Position numbers and translations under genes: made by a program. From an uncultured delta proteobacterium (lineage in GTDB: Bacteria > Myxococcota_A > Polyangia > Polyangiales > Polyangiaceae), in the NCBI GenBank assembly GCA_963839305.1, contig CAWIUL010000011.1:2377561-2441560 (forward strand): DNA of 64,000 bases, written 5' to 3'. Position 1 is the first letter of the stretch. Every line of letters begins with the position of its first letter. Shown here one piece after another: positions 40,959 through 53,267 of this stretch. The notes under the pieces are model-generated. The model saw only the letters and a program-made list of their open reading frames with translations, made no database searches and was not told the DNA's origin.

Positions 40959-43900
40959 CTAAAACAAACCGATCGCAAAGTTGATCGCGCCGATGTCCTC
41001 GAACGACTGCTGGTTCAAGTTGAGCCCCGCGTCGAGCGCGATCGGGCCGACGGGGGTCTGCACGCGGATGCCGGTGCCGAGCGCGGCGCGGAGCGCGAAG
41101 CCGTGCGTGAACGGATAGGACGCGTCCTGCCAGAGGTTGCCGGTGTCGAAGAAGATGACCGTCTCGAACGGGCCCGTGATCGGGATGCGAAGCTCCGCGC
41201 GCGGGTTGACGAGCAGGTTGCCGCCGCGGATGGCGACCTGGTTCGGCTGGATCTTCCCGGCGTTGATCTGATCGACGGCGTCCTGCGGCATCATGCTGTC
41301 TTGTTGGAAGCTGCGCATCGAGTCGATGCCGCCCATGAAGTAGAAGCGGTCCGGATACGTCGTCGAGCTCGGGTTGAGCTGGATGATGCCGCCGACGCGC
41401 AGGATCGCCGCGAACGTGATCTTGAGGAACGGCAAGGGGACGTACCCGGAGAACGTGCTCGTGAGCTTGAGGAAGTGGCCGGGCTGCGACGCGACGCCTT
41501 GCGGAGGCGCGACGGGTTTGTTGAGCGGCGGCGGGATGACGTCGCACGTCGCGCAGATGATCTCGTTCGACGGAACGTCGCCCACGGGGAACCAGTTCAC
41601 GTGCTCGGCGGTGACGTTGAGATACGTGCCCTTGTGCGCGTTGAACGCGTTGTCGCGGCGATCCCACGACCACAAGAGGCGCTGCGAGAAGACGAGGCTC
41701 TGTCCCGCGGGCGCGCGGAGCAGGCGCTGAACGTCTAGGTTGTTTCCGGCCAGCGCGGCGGCCTCGGCGGGCGTCTGGTTGTTGAAGACGTTGAGGTTGT
41801 TGTATTCGGCGGTCGGCGTGAGCGCGAGCGCGTGCTGTTTGTGCACGCGCCAGTAGAGCGTCGGAAGCGCCGCGGCCTTGCCGATGATGAAGTACCGCTC
41901 GACGTCCTGGAGGTACACGCCGTCGAGGTTCGCGCGAACGTCGGGGCCTAGACCAACGTCCGGGAATCCGAGCGAGAGCGTCACGCGATAAGCGATGCGC
42001 TCGGCGACGCTGAGCTTCTGGAAGTTCTCGACGATCGTCGGGTCGGAGATGAGAAAATCCGGCAGGTACGAGACGCGCGCGCGGATGACCGCGCTGATCG
42101 CGCTGCCGAAGAGGTTCGTGTAGCCGTACTCGAGCGAGGCGCGCGCGCCCTCACCCGTCGAGAAGCCGAGCGACGGCTCGATGTACTGCGTCGGCTTCTC
42201 GGTGACCGTGATGATGACCGTCTTCTGGCGCTGCGGGACCTGCGCGTCCTGGAGGACGACGCTGACGCTCGAGAACACGTTGAGCGTCGCGATGCGCTCC
42301 TGCGTCTTTCGCACCTCGCCCATGCGATACGGCTCGCCGACCTTGAGCGCGACGCGCCGACGAATGACCGACTCGTTGGTGACCGCGTTTCCCTGGATGA
42401 CGATCTGCGAGACGATGACGCGCTCGCCCTCGTTGACGTCGAAGCGCGCGCGCGCCTGCGTGTTGTCGAGCGATTGCTGGATGTCGTACTTCGCGTCCGC
42501 GTAGAAGAAGCCGTCCTCGCGATAACGATCGACGATGCGTCGTCGCGCTTCGTCGATCTTGAGCGCGCTGACGGGCTTCCCGAGCTCGAGCGCGGCCGCG
42601 GCCGCGAGCTCGGTCTCGCTGATCGATTTGCGCGCCGAAGAACGCGAGGTCGTGGAGCGTCGTGCGCGGCCCGAGCTTCACCGGGACGCGCAGCTTCACG
42701 TGCGGCTCGCACTCGACGCCGCGGATCGCGTCGGGCACGCACGTGAAGCTCGGATCGAGCGGCGCGACCTGGACCGGCAGCCCGCTGCGGTCGTACGTGC
42801 ACGCGTCGGGGAGCGGCTGCGTGAACGGCATGGGGACGCAGCGGCCGGGCGGCGACTTCGGATCGCACCGCGCGCCGCATGACCTGCACGGGCCCGACGA
42901 GCGCGCTCAAGAAGCCCTCGTTTCGATAGAGCTCCTGCACGTGCGCGATGCCTTTGTCGTACGTCTCGGGCGAGAACGTCGCGCTCGGCTCGAGATCGAT
43001 CGGCGACGACGCGCGTCCCCGCGCCCCGCCGAGATCCTTGTCGACGACGCGCGGATCGGGATCGCGCGATCAAATCCGCGCCGGGGAGATCCTCGTCGAG
43101 GAAGCTATCGAGCTCGCGACCGATCGCGCTCGCCGAGCTCGGGCCGCCGCCGCTGAGGTTCTTGATCGCGTCGTTGCGAACGCACGGATATTGCCGCTGA
43201 ACGACGCCGACGCGCTCTCCCTCGCGCACGTGGAAGACGATGAACCGCGAGGGCTCCTCGCCCTTGCCGCGCAAATCGAAGGCGATCTGCGCGTCGAGGA
43301 ACCCGCGCGCGACGTAGAACCTCCGGAGCTTCTCGGCGAGGTGCTGCTCGCCCGTGTCGGGGTCGGTGTCGAGGCCGAGCGCGGTCTGGAGCGCGTCAGC
43401 GTCGTAGTGCACGTTGCCGTCGAAGCGCGTGAAGTAGCGCGGGCCGCTGTCGATGCGCACGCGGAGCGTGATGACCGATCCGTTCGGGTAACGCGCGAGC
43501 ACGAGGTCGTGCTTCACCCCGGCGTCGTAGTAGCCGGCCGTTCGCAGGCGGTTCTCGAGCGCGACGTCCGCTTGCTGGAGCGCTCCCTCGTCGACGCGAT
43601 CTCCTTCGTCGACCTCGTAGGGCTTGGTGTACGGCGCGAGGTCCTCCGCGCGCGCGCCGAACGGATAAAAGACGCGGCGCCCGATCTTTTGCGGCCTGCC
43701 GGCGTTGACGTCGACGAGCAACGAAATGCGCGTCGGCGAGTCGGTTTGGCGCGTCGAGAAGTCGACCTGCGCCTGCGGGTAGCCGTGGTGGGCGAACATC
43801 ACCTCGATGCGCCGCTTGCGGGTGCCGACGTCGCTCCCGAGGATTTCGCCGCCCTCCTCGAGCTGCGCCTCGCGGAGGATCTCCTCGCGGTCGAGTGGCG

Positions 43901-44336
43901 CGCCGTGCGTGTCGACGCGGAGCGCGTCGATGACGCGACGAGGAACGGCGTGAACGCGGATGCGCACGCCGTCGCCCTCGGGGATCATGTTCACCTTCGC
44001 CGTGCCGTAGAGCCCCGTGCGCGTCGCCTCGAGGAGCGCGGCGCGCGCCATGTCGGCGCGGAACGGATCGCCGAGGTGGATCGAGCGAAGGATGGGCGGC
44101 TTGATGTCGTCCCACGGATCCTCGTCTTGCACGACCTCCGCCGCGTGGACGGGCTTGCCCTCGAACGCGCTCAAATCCGGCGGCGGCGCGGGCACGCTCG
44201 CCTGCGGCGCGCTCAGCTGCGGCATCTCGGGCAGCGTGATCGGCGTGACGCTGATCGGCGCGCCGGCGCGCGCGACCGCATCCACGAGGAGCGCGGCGGC
44301 GAAGAGCGCGCCGCCCAACCAGCTATTTGAACTCAA
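40959..44336 (-). pseudogene. Omp85-family outer-membrane protein (BamA/TamA-like: POTRA domains plus a C-terminal 16-strand barrel), at least 3 frameshifts
   Basis: The N-terminal ORF 42696..44336 has a signal peptide and POTRA-like repeats. The C-terminal ORF 40959..42323 ends '...GAINFAIGLF', a beta-barrel signature. The middle segments are in other frames ('QVAPLDPSFTCVPDAIRGVECEPHVKLRVPVKLGPRTTLHDL'). Confidence 0.7.
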
Positions 44337-47300
44337 CTCTCCACCGCAAGTCGACGCCTAGGTTCCCGACTGCGCTGGATGTTACGTCATTGTTCACGTT
44401 GTCGTACGAACCGAGAATGCTGAAATTCTGGCCCAATCGCCATCGAATGTTGGCGTAGAGCTCGCGTTGGTCCGAGGCGAGGGTGGTCGCGACGTTCGCG
44501 CTCACGTCCTTCGTGATGCGCTTGCTGACCATGACCGTCGGCTCCGTGCGGCCCGAGTGCGGCGAGTACGAGCTGCCGAACTTGAAGTCGTCGATGATCG
44601 GGATGGCCTTCTTCACCTGCTCGTTCGCGCCCGTGATCGTCGAGAGCGCCTCGAGCGCGATGCCTGCGCCGAGCGTGCCCGCCTGGATCTGGTCGGCCTC
44701 GGCGCGCGTGATGCCGATCGAGAGGAGCAGGATGATGTCCTCCTGCGAGAGCGGTGGATCGCTCGTGAGCTCGATTTTGAGGTTGTCCGTGTCGCCGGAC
44801 GCGTGGAGCGAGATGCGCCAGAGGTTACCCGTCGTGCTGCCCGAGGAGCTCGCGCCCGAGGTCGTCTGCGCCGACGTGCGCCGGTATTCGGTCATCGCTT
44901 GGATGTCGACGTGCGCCGAGATGCGCGTCGCGTCGTCGAAGCGAATCACGGCCTGCTGGATGTCGAACACGCTGTTGCCGAACGGCAGGCGAAGGTGACC
45001 GCCGGAGAGCGCGTGCATGTCGCCGCGGAGGCCGAAGCGCTGGTTCGTGCCGGTCACGTTGAGCGCGTTGTCGAGCTGGATTTGCGCGTCGACGACGTTG
45101 TTCTTGATGCGAAGCGGCGTCTTCGCGCGGACGCGGAGGTCCATCGTGACCGCGTCTTGTGACGGGTCGTAGGTCTCGATCTCGGTGCGCTTGGCGGCGC
45201 CGAGCGAGCCGAGGTCGCCCACCATGTTGATCGGACGCGTGTACTCGACCGAGGCGATCGTGACGTCGCCAGTGAGGTGCGGGAGCTTGCGTTTGTCGAG
45301 GCCGCTGTCCTCGATCGCGAGCGCGAGATCCGCGTCGAGCCCGGCGCTGATGCCCTCGGCGGGCGCGAAGCGCACGTTGCGCGCGCCGAGCGTGAGCTCG
45401 ACGTTGCCGAGCCCGAGGTTTCGGATCGGAACGCGGCCGCCGAGCGAGAGCGTGCCGCCCGCGAATTTCGCGACGCCGCGCGCGACGCGGATCTCCGACG
45501 CGTCCGCGCGCAGGTCGATCTCGAGATCGTTCACCGGCGACGGGAGCCCGCGCACGAGGAGCTCCGTCGCGCGCACCTTCGCGTCGCCTTCGAGGAGCGG
45601 GTCCGCGACGCGCCCCGTGAGCCGCACCGAGCCCGAGAACGAGCCCGTCGCGCGATCGAGCTTCGGGACGACGCCCGCGAGCACGGACAAATCCACCGGC
45701 GCGAGATCCGCGCGCACGTCGAGCGTCGGATCCCCGAACGGGTCGCGCACGTCGCCTTGCATCGTGATCGCGCCGCTCACGCCCGGCGCCGACAAATCGA
45801 GCTCGAGGGGCGGGAGCGTCACCTTGTTGCCCGCGAGCACGATCGGCGCGCCCGTCGGCTTCAGCACGAGCTTCTTGCCGTCGTCGTCGATCGCGAGCGA
45901 CCTCGGCACGAAGCGCGCGGACGCGGCCGCGTAGTCGCCTTGCTTCACGTGGTCGATCGTCACGTCGCCGGTGAGCTCGCCCTTGAGCTTCGAGAGCGTG
46001 CCCTCCGAGATGCCCGCGGCTTTGACGAGCGACTCGATCGCGAGCTTCTGGACCTTCAGGTCGCCCGAGAATTCCATCTGCCGCGCGCGGGTCGCCGTGA
46101 CGCGATCGAGGTGCACCTGGCCGCCGAAGAGATCGCCCGAGACGATGTAGCTCCCGTGCGAAGAGGTGTCGGCGATGTACGCGGCCTTGTCGAACGGCCC
46201 GCCGAGCGGGCCCCCGCAGTGCGTCTTTCCGATGACGTTCGGCTTGCCGGCGAGCTGCGTCATCGTGACGTGCAGCTTCGAGGCGCCGAGATCTCCGCTT
46301 CGCACGTGGATGGGCGAGACGTCGACGTCCGCGTCGGCCGTGAACGCGTCGATCGTGCCGCTCACCTGCGCGAGTCCGGAGACGCTGCCCTCGAGCTCGG
46401 GCCCGAGCGTCCCGAGCGTCTGAAGGCGCGAGAGCGGCACGCCCTCGAGCACGACGTTGCCGTGGAGGATGCCGCCCGGCTTGATGGACGCCGACCCGAG
46501 GAGCGACCCGAACGTCGCGCCGTCCTTCTCGCGCCGCACTTTGTGGAGCGTGAACGCGTGCACGTCGAGATCGGCGCCCTGGAAGCCGGCGGCGCGGTCG
46601 CGCCATCGCAGATCCGAGATCCGCGTCGCCGTCGTCGAACTTCTCGCCGTAGAGCTCCACGTTCGACAGGTGCGGGCTCGCGTGGAGCGAGATGAATCCG
46701 CCCCCACACTCGTCCTCGCGTCCGCCGAGCGCGAAGTGGAACGTCGTGTCGCCCGCGAGATCGCCGTCGATGCCGTCGAAGCGCGGGTCGTCGGCGAGCG
46801 AGAAGACGTCGAGCAGGTCGCGCAGGTTGAGCCGCTGCGCGAGCACGTTCGCGTCCATGCGCATCGAGGCGCTGCCGCCGAACTCGACCTTCCCCGAGGG
46901 CATCTCGTAGGTGCTCTTGTTCTTCTGCGCCTTGACGTTCTTGAGCGTGAGGACCTGCGTCTCGCCCGGCTCGACCTCGGCGTGCACCGACGTGATGTTG
47001 CCGAACGGCATGCCCGCGATCGCGAAGCCGTCGATGCGACCGTCGCCGCTCACCTTGGGGTTGCTCATCGACGTGCCCACGTCGACCTTCACGTCCGCGG
47101 TGCCGGCGATCGGAATGCCCGCGAGCGGCGTGATGTCCGCGAGGCCCACGTGCGCGTGACCGACCTCGACGCGGAGCTCGTTCGCGAACCCGAGGAGCAC
47201 GAAGCCGCCGTCGATGTGCGAGTGCGCGAGATCGGCGTGGGCGTTCTTGAACTGCACCGAGTCGGGCCTCACGGCGAGGTGCGCGCCGAGCTTGGCCTCG

Positions 47301-48730
47301 GTGAAGCCGATGAGGCGCTGCCGCGTCGGGTCCTTCACCCATTTGTCCCAGACGGCGAAGTTCTTCGTCGTCGCCGTGAAGTCGCCGTCGAGCTTGAGCG
47401 GGTCGAGCTTGCCCGAAAAATTGGGCATGTGGATGTCGACGACGTCCCAGCCCACGTGCGGGTGCTCCGCGACGCCGAGCGCGACCATGAGCGCCGCGAA
47501 ATCGACGTTCTCGATGTCCGCCGCGGCGCCGAGCGTCTTCGCGAGCGGCTCGACGTGAACGTCCTTGAGGTGAACGGTGCCGCCCGCGAGCTGCACGATC
47601 GTCTTCGGGCTCTTGATGACGTTGTCACGCATCGTGAGCTCGGAGTCGAAGTAGTCCGCGAAGCGATAGCGGTCGACGCGGATGCCACCCGCGGTGACCC
47701 TTCCGCTCACCTCGGGCATCTGCATCGTCGAGGTGAAGCGAACGTCCGCGTCGACGCCGACCCAGCCCTCGACGTCGGGTAGCTTCGCGAGGCGCGTGGC
47801 CGCGCCGACGGGGACGCGCGCGCGCACGTGGCCGCTCAAATCGGGGAGCTCGCCGTCCTTCGGGAGCTTCACGCGCGCGTGGCTCAGCTCGAGCTCGACG
47901 CGGCGCTGGTCGTTCGGAGCGAGCTTGCACGGTGGCGTCGTGAGCTTCCCGGGGTCGAGGTCGGCGGCCCCGGTGAGCTCGAACCTGCGCACGGTGACGT
48001 CGTCCGGCGTCACGCGCACGCGCGCGTCGAGCGTACAGATCGCGTCCTCGTCGAACGCGCGACCGGTCTCGGTGTCGCGCTCGCGGATGACGTAGCTCTC
48101 CCCTGCGCGGAGCGCGATCTCGAGCGACGAGCCGCGGTCGGTGTCGTCCGTCTGCACGTCGAGATCGAGCTCGTTCGCCTTGACGTGGACGTCGTCGATC
48201 GTGAGGTCCACCTCGCCGTCGGTGATCGCGAACGCGTCGAACGGGAGGTGAATCGGGCCCGTCTGCTTCTTCGTCTCCTGCGGCTTGAGCGCGAGGTTCT
48301 GGAGCTTGCCGTCCTTGATGACGAGGCGCGCGCGCGGCGCGTCGATGTCGATCTGGTCGATGAGCAGCTTGCCGCTCATCAGCGCGAAGAACCGCGGGTG
48401 CACCGTGGCTCGGCGAGCCGTCAGCGCCGGACCGCCCCCGTCGGACGACTCGATCTGCACGTTCGCGAGCTCGAGCGAGAGCGGCCAGACGTGCATCCGC
48501 ACGTCGAAGCGGGCCACGATGCCCTGATCGCGGAGCGCCTTCGCCGTCTCCTTCATCGCCCAGTCACGGGCGTAGGCCGAGCGGATGAACCCGACCGCGA
48601 CGAACGGCAGCACCCCCGCGATGGCCAAAATGACCGACAAAACACGCGCGAGCGCCCGCCCCACCTTGGGGCGCTTTCGCCGCCGGGGCACCGGCGGGAG
48701 GCTCGATTCAGCGTGGGTCAAACGGGGCAT
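44323..48730 (-). pseudogene. tamB: TamB/AsmA-family translocation-and-assembly-module protein (about 1468 aa, N-terminal TM anchor, C-terminal DUF490), 1 frameshift near 46.6 kb
   Basis: The first ~790 aa of ORF 44825..48730 are plausible and then turn R-rich. ORF 44323..46707 picks up at 'ISDLRWRDRAAGFQGADLDVHAFTLHKV' and runs to 'GVDLRWRVEFK'. It overlaps the Omp85 start by 14 nt. Confidence 0.75.
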
Positions 48731-48748
48731 GGGACGGGCGTTCGAGCG

Positions 48749-48770
48749 TTGGACGAACGACGCCGTCCAA
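48749..48770. promoter_or_regulatory. Perfect palindrome TTGGACG-N8-CGTCCAA in the divergent intergenic region between tamB and the SpoU methyltransferase; candidate operator
   Basis: The sequence 'ttggacgaacgacgccgtccaa' is followed by an AT-richer stretch, 'gtctttggtaaattctttacatgcg'. Confidence 0.25.
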
Positions 48771-48820
48771 AAGCGTAGCTCTGTAAGCCAAGTACGCCCA
48801 GTCTTTGGTAAATTCTTTAC

Positions 48821-49525
48821 ATGCGAAGGAGTACGGTGGGGGTCGTCGACGCGGACGCGTTAATCCCGCGAAGAATCGCGCGTCTCGAGCAGTACGACCC
48901 CGAGCGGGTGATTCGGATCCTCGAGCCGCTGGTCCTCGATCGGCGTCGCGAGCGGCTCCTTTCGGTGATCAACGCGCGGCTCGGGAGCGTGACGGTCGTC
49001 TTCGACGCGCCCCACGATCCTTTCAACGGGGCCGCGGTCGTGCGGTCTTGCGAGGCCTTCGGGGTGCAGACGGTCCACGTCGTCGAGCGGAGCGAGCCGT
49101 TCCTCACCGCGGGGTCGGTCGCGCGCGGCGCGCAGAAATGGGTCGACGTCGTCACCCACCACGAGGTCGCGAGCGCCGTCCGTGCGGCGCGTGAAGCGAA
49201 CATGGAGCTCGTCGGAACGCACCCCGAGGGCGAGCTTCTGCCCGACGATCTCGCGGCGATCCCGCGCTTCGCGCTCGTCCTCGGAAACGAGCGCGACGGC
49301 ATCGCCGAGGAGCTCGCGGCCGCGTGCACGAAGCGCGTGCGGGTGCCGATGCGCGGCTTCATCGACAGCCTCAACGTGAGCGTCACAGCGGCAATCTTGC
49401 TCGAGCGCGCGACTCGCGCGCGGCCCGGAGACCTCTTGGAGAGCGAGCGCCGTCGGCTCTACGCTCGAGGTCTTTACTTTTCCGTGCAGAAAGCCGATAG
49501 CGTACTTACGCTGAGCGACGCATGA
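48821..49525 (+). CDS. SpoU/TrmH-family RNA 2'-O-methyltransferase
   Basis: The 234-aa ORF has SPOUT motifs: '[30 protein letters not shown]' and '[43 protein letters not shown]'. Confidence 0.75.
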   Translation: MRRSTVGVVDADALIPRRIARLEQYDPERVIRILEPLVLDRRRERLLSVINARLGSVTVVFDAPHDPFNGAAVVRSCEAFGVQTVHVVERSEPFLTAGSVARGAQKWVDVVTHHEVASAVRAAREANMELVGTHPEGELLPDDLAAIPRFALVLGNERDGIAEELAAACTKRVRVPMRGFIDSLNVSVTAAILLERATRARPGDLLESERRRLYARGLYFSVQKADSVLTLSDA

Positions 49526-50064
49526 GCGACGATAGGCCGGAAAACAACGAGCAAAACCAGGACGGCGAGCCGACGCAAGCCGAGGTGTCCGAGCTGCCCG
49601 TGCAGAGCGAGCTCGAGAAGGCGCAAGAGGAAGCGGCGAAGCTCAAGGACATGCTCGTCCGCACCGCCGCCGACTTCGACAACTTCCGCAAGCGCACGCG
49701 CCGCGAGCTCGACGACGCGCGACGCGGCGGCCGCGAAGACCTGCTGAAGGATCTGCTTCCGGTGTTCGACAACCTCGAGCGCGCCATCCAGAGCTCGCTC
49801 AAGGCGACGGACGTGAAGGCCGTCTCGGACGGGCTCGCGATGATCCTCAAGCAGTTCGAGTCGACGCTCGGCCGCACGGGAATCGTGCGCGTGCCGACCG
49901 TCGGCGTGATGTTCGATCCCTCGCTACACGAGGCGATTCAGCAGCTCGAGACCGACGAGCACCCGCCCGGCACGGTCGTGGCGGAGGTGCAGCCGGGGTA
50001 CAAAGAGGGCGACCGCCTCGTCCGCGCGGCCATGGTCGTGGTCGCGAAGCCGAAGTCGAGCTAG
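49522..50064 (+). CDS. grpE: Nucleotide exchange factor GrpE
   Basis: '...[51 protein letters not shown]...[13 protein letters not shown]' matches GrpE. The ATG overlaps the upstream stop (ATGA). Confidence 0.85.
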   Translation: MSDDRPENNEQNQDGEPTQAEVSELPVQSELEKAQEEAAKLKDMLVRTAADFDNFRKRTRRELDDARRGGREDLLKDLLPVFDNLERAIQSSLKATDVKAVSDGLAMILKQFESTLGRTGIVRVPTVGVMFDPSLHEAIQQLETDEHPPGTVVAEVQPGYKEGDRLVRAAMVVVAKPKSS

Positions 50065-50104
50065 TTCCCGGCTCCGCCCGGGTGGTACTCTCGCTCTTCG
50101 AAGA

Positions 50105-51964
50105 ATGGGGAAAGTGATCGGGATCGACCTCGGCACGACCAACTCGTGCGTCGCGGTCGTGGAAGCAGCTGGCGCTCAGGGCAAGCTCGACGTGCGCATC
50201 ATTCCGAACGCGGAGGGCGCGCGCACCACGCCGTCGGTCGTCGGCTTCCCCGTGAGCGGCGAGCGTCTGGTCGGCCAGACGGCGAAGCGCCAAGCGGTCA
50301 CGAACGCGACGAACACGGTCTACGCGGTGAAGCGCTTGATGGGCCGCAAGTTCAAGGACGAAGAGGTCCAGCGTCAGCTCAAGCTCGCTCCTTACAAGAT
50401 CATCGAAGCGCCGAACGGCGACGCGTGGGTCGCGGTCAGCGGGCGCGAGATGTCTCCGCCGGAGGTCTCGTCGTTCATCCTCTCGAAGATGAAGGAGATC
50501 GCCGAGGCCTTCCTCGGTGAAGGCGTGACCGACGCGGTCGTCACGGTCCCCGCGTATTTCGATGACGCCCAACGTCAGGCAACGAAGGACGCGGGCCGGA
50601 TCGCGGGCCTCGACGTCAAGCGCATCATCAACGAGCCGACGGCGGCGGCGCTCGCGTACGGCCTCGAGAAGAAGCAGATGGAGCGCGTCGCGGTCTACGA
50701 CCTCGGCGGAGGCACGTTCGACATCTCGGTCCTCGAGATCCAGAACGGCGTCTTCTCCGTCAAGGCGACGAACGGCGACACGCACCTCGGCGGCGAGGAT
50801 TTCGATCAGCGATTGATCGACGCGATCGCCGACCTCTTCCAAAAAGAGAACGACGTCGATCTGCGCAAGGACCGGATGGCGCTCCAGCGCCTGAAGGAGG
50901 CCGCGGAGAAGGCGAAGCACGAGCTCTCGTCGTCGCTCGAGACCGAGGTCAACCTCCCGTTCATCGCGACGAGCGCGAAGGGCGAGCCGCTCCACGTCGT
51001 GAAGACGCTCACGCGCTCGGAGCTCGAGCTGCTCGTGCAAGACCTCGTCGACGCGACGCTCGAGCCCTGCAAGAAGGCGCTCACGGACGCGAAGCTCACG
51101 CCGCACGACATCCACAACGTGGTGCTCGTCGGCGGCATGACGCGCATGCCCGCCGTGCAGCGCGCCGTGAAGGAGTTCTTCGGCAAGGACCCGCACAAGG
51201 GCGTGAACCCGGACGAGGTCGTCGCCGCGGGTGCTGCGCTCCAAGGCGCCGCGCTCCAAGGCGAGGGCAACGTCGAGGTGCTCCTGCTCGACGTGACGCC
51301 GCTCTCGCTCGGCGTCGAGACGGGCGGCGGCGTCTTCACCGCGCTCATCCCGCGCAACACGACCATCCCGACGGAGAAGAGCGAGATCTTCACGACGAGC
51401 GTCGACAACCAGAGCTTCGTGCCCATCCACGTGCTCCAAGGCGAGCGCAAGATGGCGCTCGACAACCGCTCGCTCACGAAGTTCGAGCTCACCGGTATCC
51501 CGCCGGCGCCGCGCGGCGTGCCGAAGGTTCAGGTCACGTTCAAGATCGACGCGAACGGCGTCGTGAGCATCGAAGCGAAGGACCTCGGCACGGGCCGCGC
51601 GCAGACGATCCGCGTCACCGCGACGAGCGGTCTGTCGACGGAAGACGTCGACCGCCTCGTCAACGAAGGCGAGAAGTTCCGCCAAGCCGACGACATGCGC
51701 CGCGAGCTCGCCGAGCTGAAGAACCAGGCCGAGACCCTCCTCTACACGACCGGCGCCGCGCTCGACGGCTACGCCGACCTCGTCGAAGTCGAGGTCCTCG
51801 ACAGCGCAAAGCAGCAAGCAACGCACCTGCGCGAGCTCCTCGACGCCGGCAGCGACATCTCGGCGATCCGCGAAGCTCATCAGACGCTCGAGGCGATGGT
51901 GTTCGCGATCGCAGAGAAGATGTACGGAACATCCGAGGGCGAAGAGGAACCGCCGCCGGCGTAG
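50105..51964 (+). CDS. dnaK: Molecular chaperone DnaK (Hsp70)
   Basis: The 619-aa ORF begins '[18 protein letters not shown]' and has '[14 protein letters not shown]' and '[21 protein letters not shown]'. No dnaJ follows in the window. Confidence 0.95.
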   Translation: MGKVIGIDLGTTNSCVAVVEAAGAQGKLDVRIIPNAEGARTTPSVVGFPVSGERLVGQTAKRQAVTNATNTVYAVKRLMGRKFKDEEVQRQLKLAPYKIIEAPNGDAWVAVSGREMSPPEVSSFILSKMKEIAEAFLGEGVTDAVVTVPAYFDDAQRQATKDAGRIAGLDVKRIINEPTAAALAYGLEKKQMERVAVYDLGGGTFDISVLEIQNGVFSVKATNGDTHLGGEDFDQRLIDAIADLFQKENDVDLRKDRMALQRLKEAAEKAKHELSSSLETEVNLPFIATSAKGEPLHVVKTLTRSELELLVQDLVDATLEPCKKALTDAKLTPHDIHNVVLVGGMTRMPAVQRAVKEFFGKDPHKGVNPDEVVAAGAALQGAALQGEGNVEVLLLDVTPLSLGVETGGGVFTALIPRNTTIPTEKSEIFTTSVDNQSFVPIHVLQGERKMALDNRSLTKFELTGIPPAPRGVPKVQVTFKIDANGVVSIEAKDLGTGRAQTIRVTATSGLSTEDVDRLVNEGEKFRQADDMRRELAELKNQAETLLYTTGAALDGYADLVEVEVLDSAKQQATHLRELLDAGSDISAIREAHQTLEAMVFAIAEKMYGTSEGEEEPPPA

Positions 51965-52003
51965 CGAGCACGCCCACGCTCCCCGCGGTGCTATATTGAA
52001 TCC

Positions 52004-53263
52004 ATGAGCGCCTCGGCGATGACCGACTCCGATCGAGCGGGACACCTCATCTACGATTGGAACGAGGTGGACCGCCGCGGACGCCTCATCCCGAAGGGTG
52101 TCTCGTTCTTCGACGAGACGCTCCGCGACGGCCTCCAGAACCCCTCGGTGCGCGATCCGTCGATCGAGGCGAAGCTCGAGATCCTCCATTTGATGGACGA
52201 CCTCGGCATCGACGAGGCGGACATCGGCCTTCCGGGGTCGAGCAAGCGCGCGTTCGAGGACGTCCTCCGCCTGTGCAAAGAGGTCGTCGACTGCAAGATG
52301 AAGATCCGCATCGCGTGCGCGGGTCGGACCGTCGTGAGCGACATCACGCCGATGGTCGAGATCTCGCAGCGCGCGGGCATTCCCGTCGAGGTGTACGCGT
52401 TCATCGGGTCGTCGCCGATTCGACAGTTCGCCGAGGATTGGGACGCGGAGAGCATCGCGAAGAAATCCGCCGAGGCGATCGACGTCGCGGTGAAGGCCGG
52501 GTTGCCGGTCGCGTACGTCACCGAAGACACGACGCGCTCGCGCCCCGAGGTGCTCTCGACGCTCTTCAAGACCGCGATCGATCACGGCGCGACGCGCCTT
52601 TGCCTCTCGGACACGGTCGGCCACGCGACGCCCGACGGCGTGCGCAACTTGATCCGCTTCACGCAGAGCATCATCGCGGGCACGGGCGCGAAGAACATCG
52701 GCATCGACTGGCACGGTCACAACGATCGCGGGCTCGCGCTCGAGAACGCGCTCTGGGCGCTCGAGTTCGGCGCGGATCGCGTGCACGGCACCGCGCTCGG
52801 CATCGGCGAGCGCGTGGGCAACGCGCAGATGGAGCTCATCCTCCTCAACATGAAGCTCCTCGGCCTGCTCGATCGCGATCTGACGAAGCTGATGGACTAC
52901 TGCCGCGCGGTCGCGGACGCGGTCGGGTGGAACGTCGCGCTCAACTACCCGCTCGTCGGTCGCGACGCGTTCCGCACGGCGACGGGCGTGCACGCCGCGG
53001 CGATCATCAAGGCCATGGCGAAGGGCGACGCATGGCTCGCGGACCGCATCTACAGCGGCGTCCCCGCGGGCATGTTCGGTCGCAAGCAAGAGATCCTCAT
53101 CGGCTTCATGAGCGGCGCGTCGAACGTGAGCTACTACCTGCGCGAGCGCGGAATGGAGCCCGACGACGCGCTCGTCAAAGAAATCCTCGCGGCAGCCAAG
53201 GCGCTCGATCACATCATGACCGACGAGGAAGTGATGGCCGTGGTGAAGCGCGTCCGCGGGTGA
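52004..53263 (+). CDS. LeuA-family DRE-TIM metallolyase (2-isopropylmalate / citramalate / homocitrate synthase-like), short form without the C-terminal regulatory domain
   Basis: 'FFDETLRDGLQN', 'HGHNDRGLALENALWALEFGADRVHGTALGIGERVGNAQME' (HxH plus catalytic core); 419 aa. Confidence 0.65.
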   Translation: MSASAMTDSDRAGHLIYDWNEVDRRGRLIPKGVSFFDETLRDGLQNPSVRDPSIEAKLEILHLMDDLGIDEADIGLPGSSKRAFEDVLRLCKEVVDCKMKIRIACAGRTVVSDITPMVEISQRAGIPVEVYAFIGSSPIRQFAEDWDAESIAKKSAEAIDVAVKAGLPVAYVTEDTTRSRPEVLSTLFKTAIDHGATRLCLSDTVGHATPDGVRNLIRFTQSIIAGTGAKNIGIDWHGHNDRGLALENALWALEFGADRVHGTALGIGERVGNAQMELILLNMKLLGLLDRDLTKLMDYCRAVADAVGWNVALNYPLVGRDAFRTATGVHAAAIIKAMAKGDAWLADRIYSGVPAGMFGRKQEILIGFMSGASNVSYYLRERGMEPDDALVKEILAAAKALDHIMTDEEVMAVVKRVRG

Positions 53264-53267
53264 CCCT

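Noticed and set aside
44825-46360. The C-terminal ~500 aa of the 1301-aa ORF taken as a real Arg-rich domain of TamB
   Set aside because: The composition collapses to R/A/G repeats exactly where the alternative frame (ORF 44323..46707) begins to read as plausible DUF490 sequence. It is a frameshift, not a domain.
48731-50104. HrcA/CIRCE element (TTAGCACTC-N9-GAGTGCTAA) upstream of grpE and dnaK
   Set aside because: I looked for it in both upstream spacers and found no match. The heat-shock control here is presumably not CIRCE-type.
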